Below are positions 50,053 through 61,068 of a stretch of 64,000 bases of DNA, in pieces. A program made the position numbers and the translations under genes. A model generated the notes under the pieces. That model had not been told where the DNA came from and did not search any database. It worked only from the letters and a program-made list of their open reading frames with translations. This DNA comes from Chlorokybus atmophyticus. Its lineage: Eukaryota > Plantae > Mesostigma and Chlorokybus algae. The DNA lies in the NCBI GenBank assembly GCA_009103225.1, contig RHPI01002090.1, positions 184,625 through 248,624 of the forward strand. The letters are read 5' to 3'. The first letter of the stretch is position 1. Every line of letters begins with the position of its first letter.

Positions 50053-51522
50053 ATGGCGGCCCCCACCTCCACCTCCGCCCACTACCGCCAGCGCCCGCTG
50101 ACGGACTTCACCACCAGGCCGCTCCACCAGGCCGGTGAGGGCTCTCAACCTGCTGCCGGCGAGACCACAACCAAGAAGACCAGAGGCATCCTGGAGCAGC
50201 AACAGCAGCAGCAGCCTGTGGGAGGCAGCAGCATAGGAGTGGAGAGCGTGTCTGAAGAGGTCCTGCTGAAGATCATGCGGCTGGTGCTGGGCATCAAGGA
50301 CGACGGCGAGGACACCGACGCGTTGTACGCCTGGACCCCGACAAGGACGAGGACGAGCCCAAGGAGTATGACCCCAACGCCCAACCAGCTATGCCAGCTA
50401 CGATCCGTCAACCGCAGGTCAGTGAGCATTGCCATTGCTGAAGCCGTCCTCGCTGTTGTTTCTGCTGGTATTGTTGCCGTTGCTGTCGTTGTTTCTGTCG
50501 TTGTTGCTGTTGCTGTTATAGTTGTAATGTTAGAGTCGTTTCTGTTGTTGTTTTTGCTGCTGACGCTATGGGTGTTGGTATTGCTGTTGCTGGTTTCATG
50601 CTGCTGCTGCAATCGTGCATGCACAGTAACATACACCAAATAGGCAGCCACTGTACGGCAACCTCATTGGGTCAACTCTCCCCTTGTCTTGACAGGTGCC
50701 GGAAGTTAGCAGCTGGCATGGCCAAAGCAGAGCCCGTGCACAAACTCTTGCTATCTGCGGAGGCGTTGCAGAGCTGCCCGGCACTGCCCTCTGTCGTGAT
50801 CTCCAGGCGCTTTATGTGGCAATCCCAACAAACACGCGAGCGTGCAATGCATACCTTAACTTAGTGGAGACCGTGCTCAAGTCTGCCAGAGACGCCGTGA
50901 AGGACATCACCATTGAGGAGGAGCACAGCTGGGCAAAGCCAGAGAGTCTCAGGCACGGGCCCGCCACGGCAACTAAGCTCCTCCGCTTGGTGGCAGCCAT
51001 CTGCCTGAACCTTACGACTCTCAACATCAGCGGCATCGCCAAGGTCGCCGATGACGCCATCCTCGCCGTGGCTGAAAGTTGCCCCAACGTGGAGAACTTT
51101 ATGTGCGGTGCCCCTCTCACCAACCTGGTCTTCGTCCAGCTGGTCACGTCCTGGACTGGTCTGACCTGGAGATGGCGGGCAAGTTCATGGCGGCAAGTCT
51201 TTAGTGGCTTTGGGCGTGCAGGGAGCTGAATGAGCTCATCTACCACAACACCGGCACGCCCGAGGCGGTCACGAGGAACATGAATGGAGGGATGATTATT
51301 GGGCCCATTCACAAGACCCTGAAGATCCTCATTCTGGCCAGTGGTACGAGCCCTGAGGGCGGCATCCCGCTGGTGTATGGGTGCCCTGAGCTCGAGCATC
51401 TTGAGTTCCATATTCCCAACCTTGAAGGGCAGCAGGAAAGGGAGTTCATGTGCAGGTTAGGCGGCCTCAAAAATGCTTGTGCAGAGCAAGGCGTGGCCTT
51501 TCACAAGACCTTTGTGTTCTAG
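50053..51522 (+). pseudogene. F-box/LRR-like gene, copy 2 (disrupted)
   Basis: F-box-like VESVSEEVLLKIMRLVL...LCQLRSVNRR|CRKLA; same microsatellite intron as copy 1; frameshifts near 50795 and 51165 and an in-frame TAG near 51200; LRR-like LNLTTLNISGIAKVADDAILAVAESCPNVENF...CPELEHLEFHIPNL. Confidence 0.75.
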
Positions 51523-52278
51523 TGGCATCGCTCTTTGCACAAATACTTGTTCAGTCCCTAACATTTTGTTTGAGATGTAATAACATGTGCTTTTAACTTT
51601 AAACCATGAGCTGTTCAATGGAAGCGCAAGGGTCAATGCGATGTCAAGGTGTGTTACCTTGCAACCTTGTCACGCAAGTGGCAGAAGCAACCTTCAGCTG
51701 CGTCATTGCAGTGTGCACACCAGATGCGTACACAATCCGAGTGTGCACTGGCCTCATAAACGCACTCGTGTAGAGTTTGAAATTAGGGGCAGCAACTCAG
51801 GCTGCCTGACAACCTCAGCAGCTGCACAACACTCTGAGCAGTACTGCATCCATGAGCTGCAATGACAATTAACCCCATAGTTGACAGACAAGTGCAAGCC
51901 CTTGCAACTCCTGACTGTCTGCGCATGCCAACTGTATAGGTGGGAAGCAAAGCATGCCTTAACACGGACTGTGCTGTGAGTACCAGGTGAGTGGTGGCGC
52001 AGTTGCCGTTGGGCTATGCCAGCCGTTGCTGGCAAACCAACACAACCACTCAATGCAGGTCCAGCAACCCAATGTGTGTCTGCAAAGCAGTCAACAAGCA
52101 AGCACATGTCAGCGACTTGACATGGTTCAAGCAAGCATGAGAGGGTTTGATACCAAAACCAGCTAGAACGTAAGCACTGTGAAGGTCGTGCAGCAAGCGC
52201 CAATGCTCAACAACCGCGTGTACATACATAAAGCAACCACCAGGTGTAGGGAAAAACGCGTGGACAGCGAGCGCTGTC

Positions 52279-55068
52279 TCAAAGGTGTTCAAGCTCATGC
52301 ACAGGCGTGTGCGGCTCGCTATCGTCCGCCTCTCGCACAGGCGTGGGGTGCGGCCGTTGCCAAACCTTGGCTTGCCCGCCTTGGCACGCAGTGATAATGG
52401 AATCAGGCGTGAAAACAACCGCCGACAAAGGCTCTTGATGCACCTGCAACCGACAAAAAGTCAGACAGTTCCAGTAACACCACGTGAAAGCCAGCTCTAC
52501 TGCTGCAGGCTTCATCAATCCTGTATGCGTTCATGCGCGGGCCACACGAGCCATAAGCATTGCAGAAAGCAGCGCATGCCACATGTAGCAAGGTGTCTTG
52601 TTGTTCGGTACCTGATGGGCCATGACGGGCGCTATTCGGGGGACATCCCTTCGCAACACGGGGGGCGCTATTGGGGACAGTGCTGCGGCAGAGGCAGAGC
52701 TGTCTGTATTGGTCGATGCAACCTTCTGCGATATGGACAGATTGCGCGGCTGCGCCTTGTCTGAGGGAGATGGATCTAGTGGAGCGGTGGAATCTTTTAT
52801 GGGGGAAGGTTGCAAGCGCCGCGGCAAGACAACGGTGTCCGGGGAAAAGTCCCACAACAGCAACTGTGTATCCTGCAGCACGCACATCAGACGGTATTAG
52901 TCACATTAGATATCTCGGCCTGTGTTCATGTCAGGCACATGACGTACTTCTATTCCATAGCAGTGTTACCTGGCCAACAGAGCCAAAACGATATGTTTCT
53001 GGCGGGTCGGCGCCTGCTGCTGGTGACGGGGCGGTCCACCATGGGTCAAAGGCAACAGCACTAACCTGTAACCACCGATCCAAACAATATATTATACTTA
53101 TAATCAAAGAAACCTCTTAGCCAACTTTGCTGGAAACAACATAACAACGGCATCCAGCATCCATCTCTCTTCTTACCCAGGAGTTATGGCCTTCTGCCCA
53201 CGCGACAACTGCTCGGTCTTGCAGGCTCCACACGCTGACCAGATCATCTTCACCCCCAGTAAAGATGTACTGCCCGTCAGAACTGCAATCAAGCTACATA
53301 AGCCTTTTGGATGACGGCAACGGCTTCTCGCTGTTATGTGCAATGCATACAGCCGGGAGATATTGGACAACAAGTCTTGAAACCAAATACCTCCAGGCAC
53401 AACATAGAAGAGCGCCATAATAACTCTTGAAGCCCGTCAGTAGAAAGCCCCTGCTATACTCAAAGACGCGTAGATACCCTGCATGCATCCCACATCAATG
53501 AGCGCTATGAGCCCTATGTCTGCAACAGGTTATGAAACATGTTGTGCGTCAATGCCACTCACCATCCCTGCCAACAGTTGCGAGCATGCTGCCGTCGTAT
53601 GAGAACGCAATCTCATTGATGGGACTTGACGACACGTGCCATCTCATCAAAGGATTACTCTGCGCACGCACACGTGTCATTGGTCCTCCTTGCTGATCAT
53701 GCGAAAGGTGTACAAAGCACAACAATGCTGGTTGTTACATCGTCTGGCCTGCCAATGCAGCCGACAACTCTAAGTACTGTTACCTTACTCGACTTGGCAT
53801 ACGATACAACCGCTGAGGGGTTGTCTTTGCTTGGCTGGAACACCACATCGCTACTCCCGTCTTTATTCTACCACACGCGCAACACGTGAGCAAAAGTATA
53901 ATGCAGCGACGCAGATGCAAAGGCAACTCTAGTTGCACGGCAGCTACCTTGTCATAAATGTAAATGTACCCATCTGCATGAGCCGCAGCAAAGTGCCCAT
54001 CCGACTTGGGGACCCATGCTAAAGATACGCAACGCCTGCAAGCGTAACATGTGAGGCAGCACCCATGCATGCGAGGCACGTGTTCAAGCAGCTATGAGAA
54101 GTATCACATGCAGCACACATAGTCATCGCTCACGTGGCATTGATGCTGCCATCTCTGTTAAAGTATGAGATGCCATTCAGCTTCTTGGCGTTCTCCTTCA
54201 ACTGCTGCCGTAAAGACACGCACACAACTGCAGCATCACAAGAGCTCTGTTGATGTCTCAACCTCCCAAACTGCCAACATTGACTGCAAGCTAATTATGC
54301 TATGCTACACAAAATTGATAGTACCTTCCCCATAGGCAAACCCGATGATAAGGTCCTGGTCGTCTGTGCCAGAATTGTTGTAAGCATGGCACGTGGGTAC
54401 GCTATTGGTTAGGTGAAAATGCTTTACTGGATCCTGCATCAACCAGTTTCCGCTCAGTTGCAACAACAAGAATTGATTTTGGAGACAACAAGCTGGTTGC
54501 GGAAGTACAATAGTTGAAGTGCTCTCCAAAACACAATCCGGGTACCTACCCTATCTGGTTTGTTGAAATCGCAAATGAGGAAAGAATCCCCAACGTTGAA
54601 GATTATGTACGTCTCGTCTGCTGCACCATTCTTGCCTTTCAGCCGCGCTAGCGACACCTGCATGTGGTTTGTGTCACTGCACGGCTGGATGAGGTTTGCA
54701 ACATATGCGTATTACACATCACAACCACGAGCCTCAACCACTCGCTGCCTACACCAATGCGGGTTTGCATGTGATTGCGCATGCAACTACTGTCCTCGGT
54801 AAAGCTTACTACTACGCGACGCATTTGTGTGAGCTGAAAAACAGCTGAAACAGGTGGGTATGACAGAGTCACGCTCGTGCACAGCCAATTAACAGTCGTT
54901 TCTGCTGAATGTTTCATCCGATAGGCTGCAGCGTCCTTCTCTCCGACAACCAACCTTGGTAGTTCGTTGAGGGTTGTGGTTGAGGATGCCGCTGGGGTGC
55001 ATCTTTTCCATGACCAGGCGATGACGCCCCTCGGGCGTCTTAAACTGCGTGCGCACCTCCTTGGCCAT
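52279..55068 (-). CDS. WDR20: WD40 protein, WDR20/DMWD family
   Basis: MAKEVRTQFKTPEGRHRL / YIIFNVGDSFLICD / PTCHAYN...DLIIGFAYGE / CVSLAWVP...FAAAHADGYIYIYDK / GYLRVFEY...GFKSYYGALLCCAW / EDDLVSVWSLQDRAVVAWAEGHNSWV / DTQLLLWDF / VHQEPLSAVVFTPDSIITACQGGQAKVWQRP. Confidence 0.9.
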
Positions 55069-55236
55069 GCTGTGCGATGGCTGTATTGCTGTGGCAAAAA
55101 AGGCGAGCCGCCTCCTTCAAACTATATGTACAGCACGCTAACCGCTCCTGAGCAGCTAACACATGTAGAGGCTGACTGACTGTGGTACTGTGTGTTTTTC
55201 TTCCAACTATAGGAAACCAAAACTCAGTCTGTGGGG

Positions 55237-55270
<34 letters not shown>

Positions 55271-56175
55271 CTCACTCAGCACATCATGACTGGCGCCTGC
55301 ATGCCTCCTCCCATAGCGGCCTGAACCACAAGATCGACCATACCCGCACCATCAACGCCTCCGCCTGTCCAACGCGCTGTAAACAGCATGACGCTGGTGC
55401 CTCTAAGCTCAGTTAGGCTGAGCTGAGCTGTCAACTCATTGACTGTAACTAACTCCGACCACTGGTGGTAGCTGCCTATAGACCTGCATGCAAAGCAGGA
55501 CGTCGCTTTGACCCTCTCCGTCACTTGTCTAAGCAGACTTCCGGGGTTTGAATAGTGTCCTACTGCGGGCGGGCGGGCAGGGTGGATCACCCTGCTCAAC
55601 CCACCTGTTTCGAAGCGCCGCTCCGCTCCCCAATCAGGCCTCCTCCTCTTGTCCACTTGGACAACACTCTTTGTTGTTGAAAGCAGCTGCTCGCCACAGG
55701 CTGCCACACTCGCACCCCGACACCACAGTCCCTGTCGCCGCCGCCGCCGCCGCCGCCGCCGCCTCGTCCTCGTCCCGCTTCTTCTCCGTGTCGTTATGCA
55801 CATGCGGAACGCAAGATAGATTCCAGTCGGATTGAAAACCGGTTTGGCAGAGCGCTAAGGAGGGGAAACGCGATCCGGGTCGGTGCTACTGCTGCTGCTG
55901 CTGCTTCGCTCTCTCACTCTCCCCAACAACCACGTGAGCCGACCGGAGCAGCAGCGCCCAGCAGGCCTGGCAGCGCCCCGTCCCGGGCCAACCAGGCCAG
56001 GCACTCGTGGCGACTGAGGGTGGGGAGCGTATACGCAGCTCAGGTAACTGCAAACTGAGTCCAGGCCGGCTGCTTGGGACGGAGCAGGCCAGGCCTGGCC
56101 CAGATCTGTGATCCGCTAGTCGCCAGGCCAGGCAAGCTGGGTCGGGCGTGGCCAACACACGCTTGGGCTGGCGAG

Positions 56176-59100
56176 ATGATGAAGCGGGGTTCTAGGGGGA
56201 GGGGAGCCAAGGGCGGAGGAGGAGGAGGCGGCGGCAGCGGCGGCGGTGGGGGGTTGCTGGGGACGTCCTCATCGTCGACAAAGTCGGCATCCTTGTCAAT
56301 CTCCCGCTCGTTCATCCGCTACCTCCTCCTCGCCGTCGCCGCCTGCAGCTTCATCACCACGTTCGTCCTACTCAAACCGAGCACACTATGTGAGAGAGCG
56401 GGACAGACCATGATTGTTGTTGTTGTTGCTGTTGTCGTTGTTGTTGTTGATGATAATTCCACTTTCAGATGATGTTGGCGCGAACAAGGAGTACTTCTCT
56501 TCGTCTGTGCTGGGTGACTTTGGGCAGGGCGGGGTGGAGAGCGCCGGGGCACGGGACGTGGCTTCCATTGAAGAAGGTGAGAGAAGTATGGCAGGTTGCA
56601 TGCAGCGTGTGAGCGTGCATCTCTCGTACAAGAGTGAGAGTATTGTGTCTACGACATTGGGAGTGAGCATGCCTCCGCAGTCAGTTTGCGCCGCGTGATG
56701 TCGGCGAACTGGTCGATGCAGATTTCATGTGCACATTGCAGCGTAGGTCGTGCTGACCTGTGCGCGGCGCAGAGTGCATGTGTGTCGCATGCATTTGCAT
56801 CGCGTTAGCTTGGTTGTGACGCAAGCTTTACAGATTTGTCTAGTGCACATTGTTTGAAAGTTTGCTGCTTGACTTGACCACAGAAAGCAAACGTCATTAG
56901 TTTCCCCTCCTACGCATGTGACATTACCACCTGCGACTTGTGTGTTGTGTCTCAGTCATGGTGCAGGTTTCTTGCCATCATCGTTGTTATCTCTATGGCA
57001 ATTGTTCTACACTCGCACGGTGACACTACACTCATGCCAAAGAGATGATCCCCTCATCCTCATTTCCCCAAATCTTCCCCTCCCAGATGACACGGACTCC
57101 TTCCTTTCCATCCCCGAAGTCACCACGATCGCCCCGTTTCACTCCCCGGCCGCGGGCGGCGACCAGATCGTCATCCACGGGCACAACCTCAGGAGCAGGA
57201 CGGGGGAGGCGACGGTGACGGCGGCGGTCGGGAAAAGGAACTGCACGGAAACGAGGTGGGGGGGACTGCGGTGGGTGATGTGAGGGAGAGTGTGTGACTG
57301 TGGCTGTGTGGGCTGAGGTGTGACGGTGCACAGGCTCACTCATGCATGTGTGAGCGTGTGTACGTATGCGCGGTTGTTGCATGCAGAGTCATACGCATTT
57401 CAAGTGCGCGCACTCTCATGTACGTCAGCGCACGTACACGTGCTCACATGCACACGCACACGCATACATTCCAGTCCATTCAAATCTCCCCTGTCCCACC
57501 CTGACCCATCCCTCCTGCCTCCCTCCCTCCCTCCCTCCCAGTCCCTCCCCCTCCGACCCCCGCGCCCTCCTGTGCATCGTCCCCCCCGGCCTCGGCACCA
57601 AGCTCAGCGTCACCGTCACCGTGTCCCACGGGGACGGAACTCTCGTGACCAGCAAAGGAAACACGCTGTTCTCTTACGACGGTGAGTCAACTAGAGTGTG
57701 GGTGGGTGGGGGTGGTTTTTTTGAGGTTGGCTCCTCGCAGGTCCTGAGGTGGTCGCGGTAAAGCCTGATAGGGCTCCCACTTCTGGTGGAGTGGTTGTGA
57801 CGGTTGGCGGGCGCAATTTTGGGCCGGCGGGGGACCCGACCCCAGTTGAAGTGCTCATCGGCAGCACGCCGTGCCAAGTGAGTGGGTGACACACAACTAG
57901 AGCAGGCTATTGCAACCAATTGACACATGCCCTCACGTGTGCATCAACTCAGTTGCTGTGTCCTTTGAGCAGAATCCGGAGCGGGTATCGGACTCGTCTA
58001 TCAATTGCCTGCTCCCGCCTGGCACCGAGGATCCGGCGGGGAAGGTGGTGTCGGTGTATGTTGGGTCCATGGCTTCCAACGAGAAGAATGTTATATTCCG
58101 ATACTACCTCACGCCAGGTGTGCAACCTGGAGTATACACCAGTGTTGCACTTACCTTCTTGAAACTTCTCGACTAATACTAACCTATACACCAAAGACAC
58201 TCACACGAGTGCAAAAACAGGCGTTCTTGCGTGTGTATGTGCGCGCGTGCACACATGCTCTCAGCCAGACTCTCACACACGTGTTCAGCGGAGAGGCTCG
58301 CGAGGGAAGCGGAGGGGTTGCTGGACGGTCTGACGGTGCTCGTCGGCGGCAGCGGTGTGGCGGTCGCCTCCCACGCGGGGCTGTACCGCGCACGAGACCA
58401 CCCCTTTGAAGCAGTCCACAGGGACCTGTTCACAGGACGCACACACTTGTACAGGTGGGTTGGGCGTCTGCAAGCGCATGCGCGTGCGTGCATTGCACTC
58501 ACACACATACATGCGCATGCACACACGCACATACACGCACACATACATTGTGAATGAGTGCTCACACGCGTGCTTCTGTGCGAATGTGCGCGTGCGCGCG
58601 CGCGTGCGTGTGCATGTACGTGTGCGTGTGCGTGTGCACATATGCGTGTGGTGCACATGCTCGTGGTACCCCTTTTTCCCAGTGTTGCACCGGACGTCTT
58701 GTCCGCCCTTCCCCCTCAAGACCCTCTCCCCCTCCACCGTTCCCACTCCCGTTGCGCCGTGGTCGCCAACTCCCGTTCGCTTCTGACGTCCTCCCACGGC
58801 GCCGACATCGACCGCGCGGACGTCGTGGTGCGGCTCAACAACGCGCCCACCGAGGGGTACGAGAGACACGTTGGGACGAAGACCACGTACAGGATGGGGC
58901 AGACGAGGCTGCTGAGGAGCATGTGGATGAAGGTGGGGAGGGGTGTGTGTGTGTAGATGCGCGCGCGCACGTGCGTGCATGCATGCATGCATGCATGCAC
59001 AAAAGCGTGTGAGTGCGTACGTGCGTGCGTGTGTGTTGTTGCATTATTGTTGCTATGGTCTCGATGCCGTTGTACAGCTAAACTCACTCTCTCACTTTGT

Positions 59101-60441
59101 TCTTGTTGCATGTTTCCCAGACTCCTGCTGACAAAGGCAAGCTGTGGCGTCCCACACCAGGCACTGCCCTTGTCATATGGAGCGAATATGCACAGGTGCC
59201 TACCGTGCGCATCGTTGATGTTGTGGACACAACTTATTGTGACTTTGTACCAAGCTGTTTTGTGGTGCAGGACTTTTATGTACAGCTGCAGCGCGCGTTC
59301 CAGACCGTGCCGATGATCTACCTGTCGCGCGCGTTCGTGGGCAACATGCGCACGCTCTACTCTGAGCTGTCGAGAAGGTTCAGGGAGCTTGGCATAAAGC
59401 GCAATACGCCCGGCCTTGCACGCAAAAGTGAGCATAGCTTTTCCTCTTCTCGTGCGCGAGAGTGTGCGTGCATGTGCACATGCGTGTGCATGCACAGGTG
59501 CATGTGAATGCTCTCGTTGTCTGCATGCGCGTGTATACAGACTGCGTGTGAGCATGCATATGGATGCGCAACTTGTCACTCGCATGTGCGCGTGCACGCA
59601 TGCAGATACATGCGCACGTGTACGTGCGCATGTATCTGCATGCGTGCACGGGCATGTGTATATGTGAGCGCGTGTACCATGGTCAAGTTGTCAATTTGGG
59701 TTAGCATCACTCACAGGTGCTGAGACTGCTGCTTCCACTGCAACGCGTCGTCTCACCGAGGACATCGAGCTCGATTCTCTCTGGGCCGAGGAGGCCGCCA
59801 AGTCCGGCGCCCGCTTCGTCAAGAGCAGCAGCAGCGTGGTGGAGCCGACGAGCGCGGGGGAACCCTTCCCGGAGTTCTACGCCGTCATGTTTGCCGCGCA
59901 GCTGTGCCGGACTGTGGATCTGTACGGGTTCAGACCTTTCTTCTCGAATGATGCTGATGAAGAGGAGGTAGGAGTAACTTCTGGGGGTGCCAACAATGAC
60001 AACATCAACAACAATGGCACGGTTGGGGAGGGTGCATCCTCGCGTGTCCTCTTGCAAGATGATGCTGTTGTGGAAGGAGGAGAGGCTGTCGAGGATGCGG
60101 GCAATGAAGACGATGCCGATATACTGGATGCAGAGGACAACAACCACAACAACAATGAGGAAGAAGACAACGACGGCGCTGTGGGTGAAGCAGTCACTGA
60201 GGCTGTTGTGGATGTTACAGAGGGTGAGGTTGCCGGCGTGGGTGTTCAGGGTGCCAATACCGTTGAGAAAGAGGTTGAGAATGAAGATGAGCCCTACTTT
60301 GAGGCGAGCAACGGCGCGGGGATTTATGTGGATGCTAGGGAAAGGTCGAGGACAGATCAGTTGCGTGATGAAGGCATCGATTACGATGCCGCCATCATGC
60401 AGCTGTTGGCCATGAAGGGCTTCATCACTATCACATTATAA
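56176..60441 (+). CDS. Type II membrane GT29 (sialyltransferase-like) protein with two IPT/TIG domains
   Basis: TM segment FIRYLLLAVAACSFITTFVLL. TIG repeats PEVTTIAPFHSPAAGGDQIVIHGHNL...CIVPPGLG...FSYD and PEVVAVKPDRAPTSGGVVVTVGGRNFG...CLLPPGT...FRYY. Sialylmotif L RCAVVANSRSLLTSSHGADIDRADVVVRLNNAPTEGYERHVGTKTTYR. Motif-S-like FYAVMFAAQLCRTVDLYGF. Confidence 0.85.
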
Positions 60442-61068
60442 CAGAGCGGAGGTGTTTATCATATGCCATGCTACGTTGTTTCCGCATTGCACAAAACGGC
60501 ATTACGTGCAAAGAGTTCATGCGTGTCATTGTATTTGGTTATGATGCAAGACATTGTAAGACAAAACACGTCCTGCAGTCTGCTGATGCCTACCACCATA
60601 TGCCCCACACACCCCGCACAACACACATGCACCGCATTGCATACTTTGTACACGCCGCATCACACATCTGTACATCGGCTGTGTCAGACAAACAATCGGG
60701 CGTCCGTATCAACACCAATGCTGCCGAGACAAGCCACATCACACCACTGCAGTTGCCGTCAACCAGCAGTTGCGTAATGACTCGAAAGGACCATTACACA
60801 ATGACCATCAGTTTTTGGAGTGCAAACATTGACACAAAGATATGAAGCTGACCAGTTGTTGATGCTCCGCTGCCTGAGACACAGCGTTTATGATGCTCAT
60901 TGCTCAGTTCAGCTTGCTCACCACATCACCACAGCAGTCCACAGCAGCAAGCAGGAAAGTAACTTCCGCTCAACTGTACAGGTCACAAGGTCTTGAGGGT
61001 CTATGTGTTACACGCGCAGACTCGCTGGGGATGGGCCCTGATGCGCTTGTTGGCTGTTTCGTTGGTCA

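Noticed and set aside
25712-51205. Non-standard genetic code (TAA/TAG = Gln, as in some ulvophytes): three premature stops (25712, 43567, ~51200) all sit at Gln positions
   Set aside because: DUS3 ends with TAG exactly at its conserved C-terminus, the PDI-like gene has TAA right after REEL, and Gln-rich exons (ACINUS, the zinc-module protein) use only CAA/CAG. C>T nonsense mutations explain the pattern.
55276-55803. Arg-rich 175-aa ORF upstream of WDR20 as a conserved uORF or protamine-like protein
   Set aside because: The Arg run comes from a (CGG)n microsatellite and the rest has no coding signal.
58179-59723. Many His/Thr/Cys/Val-rich ORFs here and at 7318-7802, 9002-9541 and 48553-48893
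   Set aside because: They are translations of (GT)/(CA)/(GCAT) intronic microsatellites or antisense shadows of real exons.
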